Shown here: one piece after another, positions 16,665-25,188 of the stretch
Layout: each line of letters starts with the position of its first letter
How positions within the stretch are numbered: the first letter of the stretch is position 1
Assembly (NCBI GenBank): GCA_964511565.1
Contig: CAZEFP010000002.1
Span: 1 to 32,793 of the forward strand
Reading direction: 5' to 3'
From: an uncultured Planctomycetaceae bacterium
Lineage (GTDB): Bacteria > Planctomycetota > UBA1135 > GCA-002686595
DNA: 32,793 bases
The notes under the pieces: model-generated
The model's database searches: none
Told to the model about the DNA's origin: nothing
Seen by the model: only the letters and a program-made list of their open reading frames with translations
Translations under genes and position numbers: made by a program

Positions 16665-19598
16665 TCAGCGGACCTCGGCCCCGTTGACGAAGACCCGCTC
16701 GATGTTGGAGGAGACCTCCATGGGCGACCCGTCGAGGACGATGATGTCCGCGTCCTTGCCGGGGGCGATGGTCCCGACGCGGTCCTCGATGCAGAGCATG
16801 CGGGCGGCGTCCGAGGTCAGCGCACGGAGCGCCGCCGAGGGCGACAGCCCCATGGCCACGGCGCGGGCTGCGATGACGCCCAGCTCGGCAGCACCCTCCT
16901 CGGCCTGGCTCATGAACGCCACGGGGATCCCGGCCGCCGAGAGCTCACCGAGGCGGCTCGTGGGGTTGCCGGCGCTGTCGGTCATGGCCATCTGCGAGCG
17001 GGGCACGAGGACACCGCTGACCCGACCCGCGATCCGGTCGGCCACCTTGTAGGCGTCGCGCGCCTCGAAGAGGATCGGGCGGATCCCGAACGACTCGAAG
17101 GTATCGACGCAGTCGATGATCTGATCGTCACGGTTGACGCGCACGATCACCGCGGCCCCGCCGGTCATCGCCCGGCGAATGGGCTCGAGGTCCGGGTCGA
17201 TCGACGGCTTCTTCGGCATGCCCTTGGGCGTCGACACGCGCGCGGGCTTCTCCGGAATCCGCACCGGGCGCGCGGCCACCTTGTACTCGGTGGACACCTG
17301 GGTCAGGTCGAGGCTCTCGACCCGGTCCCCTTCCCACTTGGCCTCGCCGCGCAGGTAGGTCTCGACCGGCTTCTTCGCGTCCGCTTCCTCTTCCTCCTTC
17401 GACTTCTTCTTGGCGCCCTTCGGCGGCGGGTCGTTGGAGAAGATCTGCGCGAGCGTCACGGCGAGGGTCGCGTCGAGGAGGTCGACCTCGAGGGTGACGT
17501 CGTAGCCATCCCGGCGACCCGTGACGGCGTGGAGGCCATCCAGGTAGGAGGCCCGCATCGATCCCGTGATGGATCCGTCGGCCTCTTCGAGGAGTCGAAG
17601 GCGGACCTTGGACCCTTCGAGGCTGGGCGAGGAGCCCTCGAAGACGCCCGTCACCGGCTTCGCCGGGTCGCGCTCCTTCTTCTTCTTCTTCTTCTCGTCC
17701 TTCTTCTCCTCGCCTTCATCCGCCTTCTCCTCGTCGTCGCCGTCCTTCTCCTTGTCGGAGGCCGGCTCGGGGGCGGGCGGGGTCCACTTGGCCATGTCGG
17801 CCTCGTACTTGTTCCACTTGGCGGCGTAGTCCTTCGCCTTCTTCAGCGTCCCGCGGACGTTCGCGCCGCTCTGGGTGATGATGCTCGAGTCCCACTGGAG
17901 CATCACGCTGGCGACCGGGTCCACGACGAGGCCGTCGAAGTCGGCGGCCGCAGGCTTGTAGGCGATGGACGGCGTCACGGAGCCGCGGTCCGGGGAGGTC
18001 AGGTTGACCGAGGTCACGCCGCGCTTGGCGACCTCCCGGTCGGCGTAGTCACCCGGCTCCAGCATTCGCGTCAGGTCGAAGCGCGTGGAGAACGCCCGCC
18101 GACCTCCACCGTTGCCCAGGTAACCATAGGCGTCGATCATGCCCGGCATGGCCGCGGCGCCCCGGACGACCCGGGCGCCGGCGGGCCGGCCCACGCGGGC
18201 GGCGACCTCCGCGATCTTGCCGTCACGGACGAGGACCTCGCCGGGGGTGTGGACGACCCCGTCGCCCACGTAGAGCTCGTCCACGCTGATGACCACGGAG
18301 GTGCTGGGCTTGGCGCCTTCGCGCTTGGAGCCAGCCAGCTCCGCGGACCAGGCCAGCTCGCCGTTGACGTAGGTGGCCAGCACGCTCGAGCTGAGCGACA
18401 TGGGATCGCCCGACATGACGACCATGTCGCCGTCCTTACCCGGGGCCAGGCTCCCCACGCGATCGTCCACGCCCAGCACCTTGGCAGCGTTGAGCGTGAT
18501 GCCGGAGAGGGCCGCGCCGCGGGGGAGCCCCCCGCGCATGGCGAGCGCCGCGCCGAAGCGCAGGTCCGGTGCACCGAGGGACTTCGGGGCGCGGATGGCC
18601 ACCTGCACCCCCTCGCCCGCGAGGCGAGAGATGGTGTCGTAGCGAGGCCACCCGGCGGTCGCCCCCTTCCCGAAGTTGTTGCCGCCGTTGTAGTCCGGGC
18701 CCGCGATGACCGGCACCCCGGCCTCGGCGAGCGCGGAGGCCATGGACGCGGAACGGCTGGCCCCGTCGATGACGAGGTTCATCCCGTGACGCTGCTTGAG
18801 CTCGAGGAGGGCCTGCACCTCGGCCGCGGTCTCTGCCCCCATGCGCCAGGTGGCCCCGTCCGTCATGGCCGCCGCGAGCGCGGGCCCGGCCTGGGCGCCG
18901 TACTCGGCGACCAGGGCGTCGTCGCCTCCGGCCAGCGCCATGAGCTCGTCCACCGCGAGGACCGCGCCCATGGTGGTGGTGGGCAGCTGCGGCCGCGGGA
19001 CACCGAGGCCAACGTCCACCGTGGCGGGTACGGGGGGTTCCCAGTAGCCGGGAGTCCGGCGCGCCTCGGAGGAGATGGAGCCGTGGATCCCGCTGCGTTC
19101 CTTGAGGATGCGCTCGTCGGCGCTCACCGCGCTGCCCCCTCCGGTCTTGACCACCGCGCCCTGGCCGGCGATCAGGCGACCGCGGGCGGGGGGCAGGTAG
19201 ACCGTCGTGATCCCGCTCCGCAGCGCGGAGACGATCGGGGTGTAGGGGTCGAACTGATCGATGGCCAGGAGCGTCGGGTCCGCCGTCCGGGGACCCGCGG
19301 TCTGCTGGGTGTAGTTCGAGTCCACCGCCACGAGGCCCGGGACGATCACCGCGTCGGGTCCGTGGTCCACGATGGACGCGCCCCCGGGGACGTCGATGGT
19401 GTCCGCCGGACCGATCGCGACGATCTTGCCGTCCTCGACCAGCACGGCGCCGCCGCGGATGGTCTCCCCCACCTCGACGAGGTGGATCGTGCCGGCCTTG
19501 ATGACGACGGCGTCACCCGGGGAGGGGGCGGCGGAGGCCGCGGCCGTGAGGGCCGCGAGCGTCAGGGCGGCGGCTCGTAGTTTCGGGGTCATGTGCAT
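16665..19598 (-). CDS. Exported tandem double amidohydrolase-like protein E (both metal sites lost; inserted beta-rich domain)
   Basis: 977 aa with a signal peptide and two complete amidohydrolase units (PGLVAVDS...GSLAPGKDGD and PGMIDAYGY...GTIAPGKDADI). Neither unit has HxH. Confidence 0.88.
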   Translation of the reverse strand: MHMTPKLRAAALTLAALTAAASAAPSPGDAVVIKAGTIHLVEVGETIRGGAVLVEDGKIVAIGPADTIDVPGGASIVDHGPDAVIVPGLVAVDSNYTQQTAGPRTADPTLLAIDQFDPYTPIVSALRSGITTVYLPPARGRLIAGQGAVVKTGGGSAVSADERILKERSGIHGSISSEARRTPGYWEPPVPATVDVGLGVPRPQLPTTTMGAVLAVDELMALAGGDDALVAEYGAQAGPALAAAMTDGATWRMGAETAAEVQALLELKQRHGMNLVIDGASRSASMASALAEAGVPVIAGPDYNGGNNFGKGATAGWPRYDTISRLAGEGVQVAIRAPKSLGAPDLRFGAALAMRGGLPRGAALSGITLNAAKVLGVDDRVGSLAPGKDGDMVVMSGDPMSLSSSVLATYVNGELAWSAELAGSKREGAKPSTSVVISVDELYVGDGVVHTPGEVLVRDGKIAEVAARVGRPAGARVVRGAAAMPGMIDAYGYLGNGGGRRAFSTRFDLTRMLEPGDYADREVAKRGVTSVNLTSPDRGSVTPSIAYKPAAADFDGLVVDPVASVMLQWDSSIITQSGANVRGTLKKAKDYAAKWNKYEADMAKWTPPAPEPASDKEKDGDDEEKADEGEEKKDEKKKKKKERDPAKPVTGVFEGSSPSLEGSKVRLRLLEEADGSITGSMRASYLDGLHAVTGRRDGYDVTLEVDLLDATLAVTLAQIFSNDPPPKGAKKKSKEEEEADAKKPVETYLRGEAKWEGDRVESLDLTQVSTEYKVAARPVRIPEKPARVSTPKGMPKKPSIDPDLEPIRRAMTGGAAVIVRVNRDDQIIDCVDTFESFGIRPILFEARDAYKVADRIAGRVSGVLVPRSQMAMTDSAGNPTSRLGELSAAGIPVAFMSQAEEGAAELGVIAARAVAMGLSPSAALRALTSDAARMLCIEDRVGTIAPGKDADIIVLDGSPMEVSSNIERVFVNGAEVR

Positions 19599-19616
19599 GG
19601 TTTGAACCCGCAGGGA

Positions 19617-21059
19617 TCAGCCTTTGTTCTCGGTCTCGTCGTCGTCGTCCTCGGGCCCGTCGCCGTCACCCGGCCACTCCTCCTGTGCGGAGGTGTCCGA
19701 GGCCGTGCCCGGGGGGCGCGTGCCGTCGAAGAGCTGCTTGACGCGGACGTCCTTGCTCCGGTCGTAGACGTGAGCCCCGTCGAGGATGACGTGCTCGACC
19801 ACCGAGGTGATGTCGAGGGGGTCGCCGCTGAAGAGCACCACGTGGCCGTCGGTGCCCTTGGCCAGCTTGCCCACACGGTCGGTGAGACCGAGGATCTTGG
19901 CCGGCGTGGTGGTGACCGCGGCCAGCGCGTCCGCGCGCGGGATGCCGTTGGCCACGCAGCGGGCGGCCTGGTACCAGAGCGATCGATTCGAGTCGCCCGT
20001 GGACATCAGGGCGAAGGGGATCCCGGCGTCATGGAAGACCTTCGGGACGAAGGTCTCGATGGACTCGCCGGTGATCGGGTCGATCTCATCGTCCTCGAGG
20101 CCCGCGAGGATCACGTGGCAGCCCGACTCCTTGATCTTGGGCGCGGCCTTCCAGCAGGCGGGCGCGAGGGCCAGCGTCATGGTTCCCGTGAAGCCGTTGG
20201 CCTCGGCCACCCGGAGGGCGGCGTGCACGTCCATGGGCGAGGCGCACCACATGATCACCGGGAGCTTGCCCTCGACGATCCGGAGCAGCGGCTCGCGCTT
20301 CTCATCGACCTCGCCGCGCGGGACGCGCTCGAAGCCCTCGATGGTCCACCCGGAGCAGGCGAGGGGCTTGCCCTTGGCGGCCTCGCCTTCGAGCTCGCGG
20401 CCCTGGTAGAGCGCCTCGCGGCGATCGAAGTCGTCGCCGTCCTTCTTCCGCTGCACCATCTCCTCGAGGTAGCGGCGGAGGTCCTCGAAAGCGCCCCGCA
20501 GCGCCTGGGCCTGGGTCGCTCGGGTCTTGCCGCGCTTGGGCGCGGCGGAGATCTTCACGCCCGACCGGGGCTTGACCATCATCTGCTCGACGGTCATGCC
20601 GAAGGGCTTCACCACCATGCCCTGACCGGCGACGACGGTGTCGTTCCCCTGCTGGACGTTGATCGTCAGGATCCCCTGACGCAGCGCCTCCTCGAAGTAG
20701 AAGTTGACCGGGTCGATGGAGTCCTTCACGTCGAGGAAGGGCGCCACGTCGAGGGTCTCGTTCGGACGGTCGATGCCGCGGGCGGCGTGCGCCTCGACGA
20801 AGCCGGGGAAGGCGACCATCCCAGGTTGATCGATGACGGTCGCGTCCCAGGGGATCTGAACCTCGCTCGCGGCGCCGACGGCCGTGACGCGGCCGCCCTC
20901 GATGACGATCACGCCATCCGGGATGGCGTCACCGGTGAGGGTGATGACGGTCCCGGCCTTGACGGCGGTCTTGGCGACCTGGGGAGCGGCGGCGGAGGAG
21001 GACGCCAGGAGGAGCGTCGCCCCGAGCGCCAGGAGAGGTTGGGAGAGAGAAGACTTCAT
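19617..21059 (-). CDS. Exported amidohydrolase-like protein D (metal site partly lost)
   Basis: Signal peptide. PGFVEAHAA keeps one His and GVKIS keeps the Lys, but the later His positions read W and L. Acidic tail. Confidence 0.85.
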   Translation of the reverse strand: MKSSLSQPLLALGATLLLASSSAAAPQVAKTAVKAGTVITLTGDAIPDGVIVIEGGRVTAVGAASEVQIPWDATVIDQPGMVAFPGFVEAHAARGIDRPNETLDVAPFLDVKDSIDPVNFYFEEALRQGILTINVQQGNDTVVAGQGMVVKPFGMTVEQMMVKPRSGVKISAAPKRGKTRATQAQALRGAFEDLRRYLEEMVQRKKDGDDFDRREALYQGRELEGEAAKGKPLACSGWTIEGFERVPRGEVDEKREPLLRIVEGKLPVIMWCASPMDVHAALRVAEANGFTGTMTLALAPACWKAAPKIKESGCHVILAGLEDDEIDPITGESIETFVPKVFHDAGIPFALMSTGDSNRSLWYQAARCVANGIPRADALAAVTTTPAKILGLTDRVGKLAKGTDGHVVLFSGDPLDITSVVEHVILDGAHVYDRSKDVRVKQLFDGTRPPGTASDTSAQEEWPGDGDGPEDDDDETENKG

Positions 21060-21118
21060 CGTGATGAGGGGGTGGTCCGAAGGTCGGGCCGGTGGGGTCG
21101 TGTTCGGTTCGGGAGCGC

Positions 21119-22303
21119 TCAGCGGGGATCGAGAGCGAGGTGTCCGCCGACGAGGACGCCGACGGGCCGGGTGGTCGCCTCGAAGGGCTCACCATTCCAG
21201 AGGATGAGGTCGGCGTCCTTGCCGGCCTCCACGGAGCCCACGCGGCCGTCAACGCCGAGCAGCTGGGCGGGAGTGAGGGTCACCGCGCGGAGCGCCTGCT
21301 CCCGGGTGAGGCCGCCGCGCATGGCGAGGCCGGCCTGGATGTCCAGCGGCGACCCGCCGTGACCGGAGAGCGCGAAGGAGATCCCGTTGTCGCGGAGCAC
21401 GCGGGCGCACTCCACGGACATGAGCGCGCCGTCGGTGGTGCGCCCCTGGGCGGGGACAGGCGGCAGGATGACCGCGGTGTTGGTCCGGACGAGCATCGCC
21501 GGCTCTCGCCAGGCCTCGGCGCCCGCGTCGATCACGAGGCGCATCTCGCCGAAGCCCTCGCGCGCCATCTCCTCCTTGAGGAAGACCGCGGTCCGGATGT
21601 CCTGGGTCGCCCAGGCCTGGACGAAGACACCCACCTTTCCGGCGAGCGCGTCGAGGAGCACCTTCTGCGAGTCGTCGGGCTCCTTGGCTTGGGCAGCCTC
21701 GAAGAACGACTTTCTCCACTCCCACTCCACACCCATGCGGGTCGTGGGGCGGCGGTTGAAGAAGGAGGTCGGGCGGCCGAAGGCCGAGCTGTTGCGCTGG
21801 CTCGGCTGGGAGCCGATCGCGCCGCAGAGCATCGGGGCGCCCTCGACGGTGCGGGCCTTGACCGAGCGGTCCCCGGCGGTCTTCACCACCGTGCCCATCC
21901 CGCCGATGCAGTTCTGGTTGAGGGGGGTGATGAACGCGCTCGTCACCCCCGAACGGGCGAGGCGGCCCCAGCCGGGCGAGTACAGGTCCAGGCCGAACTC
22001 CGCGCTCACGAGGGGGGTCACCTCGCTGGACTGCTCGACCGAGGAGGTGCCCGAGTTCAGGCGGGCGCTGGCGTCCACCATCCCGGCGGTGACGACCGGT
22101 GCGTGGAGCGCGTCGCGGGTGGCCTCGACGCCCGGGGTGATCGCGCGGATCTTGCCGCCCTCGACCACGATCAGGGCGCTCTCGTGGACCTTGCCGGTGG
22201 AGGTGTAGACCTTGTCGGCGTGGATCGTCCAGCTGGTGCCGTCGGCCGGCACGCTGGAACCCGAGGCCGCGACTGCGGCGGAGAGGATCAGGCTGGTGAG
22301 CAT
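21119..22303 (-). CDS. Exported amidohydrolase-like protein C (metal site lost)
   Basis: ATG 22303 overlaps the upstream TGA. MLTSLILSAAVAA signal. AGMVDASAR replaces HxH. PTTRMG and GSVEAGKDADL are retained. Confidence 0.85.
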   Translation of the reverse strand: MLTSLILSAAVAASGSSVPADGTSWTIHADKVYTSTGKVHESALIVVEGGKIRAITPGVEATRDALHAPVVTAGMVDASARLNSGTSSVEQSSEVTPLVSAEFGLDLYSPGWGRLARSGVTSAFITPLNQNCIGGMGTVVKTAGDRSVKARTVEGAPMLCGAIGSQPSQRNSSAFGRPTSFFNRRPTTRMGVEWEWRKSFFEAAQAKEPDDSQKVLLDALAGKVGVFVQAWATQDIRTAVFLKEEMAREGFGEMRLVIDAGAEAWREPAMLVRTNTAVILPPVPAQGRTTDGALMSVECARVLRDNGISFALSGHGGSPLDIQAGLAMRGGLTREQALRAVTLTPAQLLGVDGRVGSVEAGKDADLILWNGEPFEATTRPVGVLVGGHLALDPR

Positions 22304-23409
22304 CACTGGTGCGCTCCGTGGGCGTGGGCTGAGTGAACGAGGTTGCCGCCCGCGTAGACGGAGTGGACTCGGCTGGTGAGGTCGGTGGGCGGGCCGCTCC
22401 AGACGACGAGGTCCGCGGCCCGGCCGGGGGCGATCGTGCCGTGGGTCTCCCCCACGCCGGCGATGCGAGCCGCGTCGCCGGTCATCGCCCGCAGGGCCGC
22501 GCCCGCGTCCAGTCCGGCGCGCATGCAAGCCGCCGCCTGCATCCGCATCCCGAGGGGCCCCTGGCTGGCGGCGTCGGAGGTGAAGGCGAAGGGCACCTCG
22601 GCCTTGGCGAGCGCGAGCGCGCTCTTGACCACGTCCTTCGAGCTCGCCGGCGCGGCCTTGCTCTCGAAGACCACCCCGAGCCCCGAGGCCTTGATCTCAT
22701 CGACCAGTTCGTCGGCCTCGGGGGCGCCCAGGAGCGCGCCCTTCAGGCCGTGCGCGACGGCGAAGTCCAGGGCGCGAGCGACCTCGCTGCGGGTCACCGC
22801 GCGCATCATCACGGGCACCTCGCCAGCCTTGGCCGCCGCGAGGGGGCTCCCGGCCTGGGCGGCGGCGAATTGCTCGCCGAGGTGGGCGTACAGGCCCGCG
22901 TAGCTGGTGGGCGCGGTCGAGCTGCCGAGGGACGAGCGGGAGAGGCCGAGGGTGACCACCGCGTTGCGCTTCAGCACCTTGCCCGCGGCCGGCGACACGA
23001 TGGCCGCCTGGCCGCCGGCGATCTGGGAGCTGCCCGCCGGCATCAGGACGGTGGTGACGCCCTCGGCGACGAGGCCGCGCCAGGACGGGCTGGTGGGGTC
23101 GAAGGCGAAGGAGAGGTCGGCGTTGGGCGTCGATTTCCGGGTCCGCTCCTCGTTCTCTCCGCCGGCGCCGATGGTCTCGCGCAGGCCGATGAAGCCGGGG
23201 GCGATGTGCCCGTCGACCTCGACCACGCGGACGCCCCGCGGCGCGCTGTTGGAGACGCTCTTGACGGTGCCGTCCTCGATGACGACGAAGGCGTCCAGGA
23301 CGACCTGCCCGTCTCCGACGTGCACGTGGCTCGCTCGCAGGGCGTAGGCATCTTCCGCGGCCGTGGCGCCCAGGAGCGGCGCGGCGGCGATGAGGCAAGA
23401 AATCAGCAT
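22303..23409 (-). CDS. Exported amidohydrolase-like protein B (metal site lost)
   Basis: Signal MLISCLIAAAPLLGATAA. PGFIGLRE replaces HxH. GVTT and GTIAPGRAADL are retained. Confidence 0.85.
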   Translation of the reverse strand: MLISCLIAAAPLLGATAAEDAYALRASHVHVGDGQVVLDAFVVIEDGTVKSVSNSAPRGVRVVEVDGHIAPGFIGLRETIGAGGENEERTRKSTPNADLSFAFDPTSPSWRGLVAEGVTTVLMPAGSSQIAGGQAAIVSPAAGKVLKRNAVVTLGLSRSSLGSSTAPTSYAGLYAHLGEQFAAAQAGSPLAAAKAGEVPVMMRAVTRSEVARALDFAVAHGLKGALLGAPEADELVDEIKASGLGVVFESKAAPASSKDVVKSALALAKAEVPFAFTSDAASQGPLGMRMQAAACMRAGLDAGAALRAMTGDAARIAGVGETHGTIAPGRAADLVVWSGPPTDLTSRVHSVYAGGNLVHSAHAHGAHQ

Positions 23410-23432
23410 GTTGATGGCTCCGGCTGCGGCAA

Positions 23433-24830
23433 TCAGTTGCCGGCCTGGTGGACGACCTTTCCGCCCGAGATAGACGCGAGGACGCGGGTTGAACTGGACA
23501 GCGGGTCGCCGCTGAGGACGAGCAGGTCGGCGTGCAGGCCGCGCCGGACCGTGCCGACCTTCGACTGGAGGTCGAAGACCCGCGCGGGGCCAGCGGTGAT
23601 GGCGTGGAGGGCGGCGTCCTGGTCGAGGCCGTGCCCGACCGCCGCGGCGGCCAGCAGGGGCAGGTCGCGCGAGGCCACCGGCGAGGTGGCGCCGGAGCCG
23701 ATGAGGACCTCGACGCCGCGCGCGGAGAGCTCACCCGCGAGCGCGAAGCCCGGGTCCATCTCTCCGACGTCCCCACCGGGTGAACTCGGCTTGGGCGTGA
23801 CGATCACGGGGATCCCCCGCTCGGCGAGCTCGTCGGCGAAGAGCAGCGCCGAGCGGCCGCCGGCGATCACCATGCGCATGCGCGTGAAGGGTCGGGTCAC
23901 GCGGAGCAGCTCGCGGAGCTCGAGGGCCTGCTCGACGTGGATGACCATCGGCACCTCGCCGCCCACGGCGCGGGCGAGGGAGGCCTTCTTGGCGTCGAAC
24001 TTGGGCGGGCGGGGACGCTTGTCCTCCTTGTACTTCTTCTCCTTGAGCTCCTCGCCCTCCTCCTCGGCCTCCTTGACCTTCTTGTCTCGGGCCTTCTTGG
24101 CCTTCTTGAAGTCCTCGTTGAGCTCCTCCTCCTTCTTGGCGATCTCCTCCTCCCAGCTCTTGAGATCGCGTTCGTAGGCCGCCACGTCATCGGCGTACTT
24201 CTTGGCGCCAGCGAGCGCGCTGGCGAGCCGGTCCACCTGACCGACCCGGGAGACGGGGTCGAGTCCCGGGGAGTCGAGGCGCGCGGAAAGGGCTGCGTCC
24301 GCGAGCACCGGCTCCGCGCCGTCGGCGCGGATGACCGCCCCGACGCCCGAGACCGACGCAGCGCGGCCGATCTCGACCCGCATCATCAGGACGCCGGACT
24401 CCACGAGGTCCGCGAGCACCTCGTCCTGGCCGAAGGGGTCGAGGGCGTCGGTGGCGCGGGACGCCGTGTCCACCCGGTCCGATCGCGCGGACGAGGGGTC
24501 CACGCCGGCCACCGACCACGGGTCGATGAAGGCCGCGCAGATGACCTCGCCCTCGATGGTCTCCGCACCCTCCGGGGCCGCGAGGTCCTTGCCCATGGCA
24601 ACGATCCGTCCGTCGCGGACGAGCAGGCTCATGTTGTCCACGGACTTGCCGGGGCTCACGATGACCTTGTTGGCGCGCAGGATCAGGTCCGACGACGCCG
24701 CGGCTCCGGCCTCGTCCTGAACGGCCAGGGAGGTCGCCGCGAGCCCGGCCCCGGCGGTGAGCGCGATGCCGAGGTTGCGAAGCCTCCGCAGCGGGGAACG
24801 GCGGTTGGGGCGCGAGGAGTGGGAACGCAT
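23433..24830 (-). CDS. Exported amidohydrolase-like protein A (metal site lost; long K/E coiled-coil insert); first gene of the operon
   Basis: ATG 24830 gives a basic n-region plus hydrophobic signal (..GLAATSLA). AAFIDPWS replaces HxH. GTVRRGLHADL is retained. Confidence 0.85.
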   Translation of the reverse strand: MRSHSSRPNRRSPLRRLRNLGIALTAGAGLAATSLAVQDEAGAAASSDLILRANKVIVSPGKSVDNMSLLVRDGRIVAMGKDLAAPEGAETIEGEVICAAFIDPWSVAGVDPSSARSDRVDTASRATDALDPFGQDEVLADLVESGVLMMRVEIGRAASVSGVGAVIRADGAEPVLADAALSARLDSPGLDPVSRVGQVDRLASALAGAKKYADDVAAYERDLKSWEEEIAKKEEELNEDFKKAKKARDKKVKEAEEEGEELKEKKYKEDKRPRPPKFDAKKASLARAVGGEVPMVIHVEQALELRELLRVTRPFTRMRMVIAGGRSALLFADELAERGIPVIVTPKPSSPGGDVGEMDPGFALAGELSARGVEVLIGSGATSPVASRDLPLLAAAAVGHGLDQDAALHAITAGPARVFDLQSKVGTVRRGLHADLLVLSGDPLSSSTRVLASISGGKVVHQAGN

Positions 24831-25188
24831 GTTCTGGATGTACGAGGGTCCGTGAGGACGTCGGGGGGAGAGGGGACCCCGACGACATGGGCGAGCAGCG
24901 CGAGGGACCTTGCGGGTCCCCGGCGATGCGGCGCCACTCTCATTCGATCGAGTCGCACCGATCGTAGGCAGACCGAGCCCCTCAGACCAGCAGTGCGGGA
25001 GGGGCTTAGTCGAGGGGCAGGAAAGACTTACGGGCTGGAGACTCCGCACCGGATTCGTCTCGAATCGAGGCGCTCGGGTCCCGCTCGCGCGGCGCCGAGG
25101 AGGGGCCCGATCCCGGAACCGACACCGGGCGCCGAAAGTTGCTCGATTCACCGTTCGACTCCCCGGGGAAGGGCGCTTCGCCCGCGCG
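24831..25188. promoter_or_regulatory. Divergent promoter/leader region with several hairpins
   Basis: 358-nt gap between divergent genes. Inverted repeats at 24859-24884, 24904-24920, 24976-25006 and 25052-25066. Confidence 0.5.

Noticed and set aside
17671-17760. (TTC/CTC)n-like low-complexity runs here and at 8800-8900 and 24020-24150
   Set aside because: These are codons for Lys/Glu-rich protein segments, not contingency microsatellites.
14428-19580. Long plus-strand ORFs (874 aa and 683 aa) and similar ones at 2095-3882, 8950-10686, 19593-21362, 22333-24177, 26033-28057 and 29916-31799
   Set aside because: Mostly antisense or off-frame shadows of well-supported genes. Stop codons are scarce in high-GC DNA and the translations have no recognisable motifs.
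8740-24830. Annotating the cluster as hutI (imidazolonepropionase) or calling the HxH-less genes pseudogenes
   Set aside because: Signal peptides, a binuclear-type Lys and the absence of other hut genes argue against HutI. The degenerate genes have no frameshifts or internal stops and keep coupled starts.
24760-24830. Possible Tat signals (RR) in genes A and K
   Set aside because: The arginine pairs lack the S/T-RR-x-F-L consensus. Sec export is the more conservative reading, pending SignalP.
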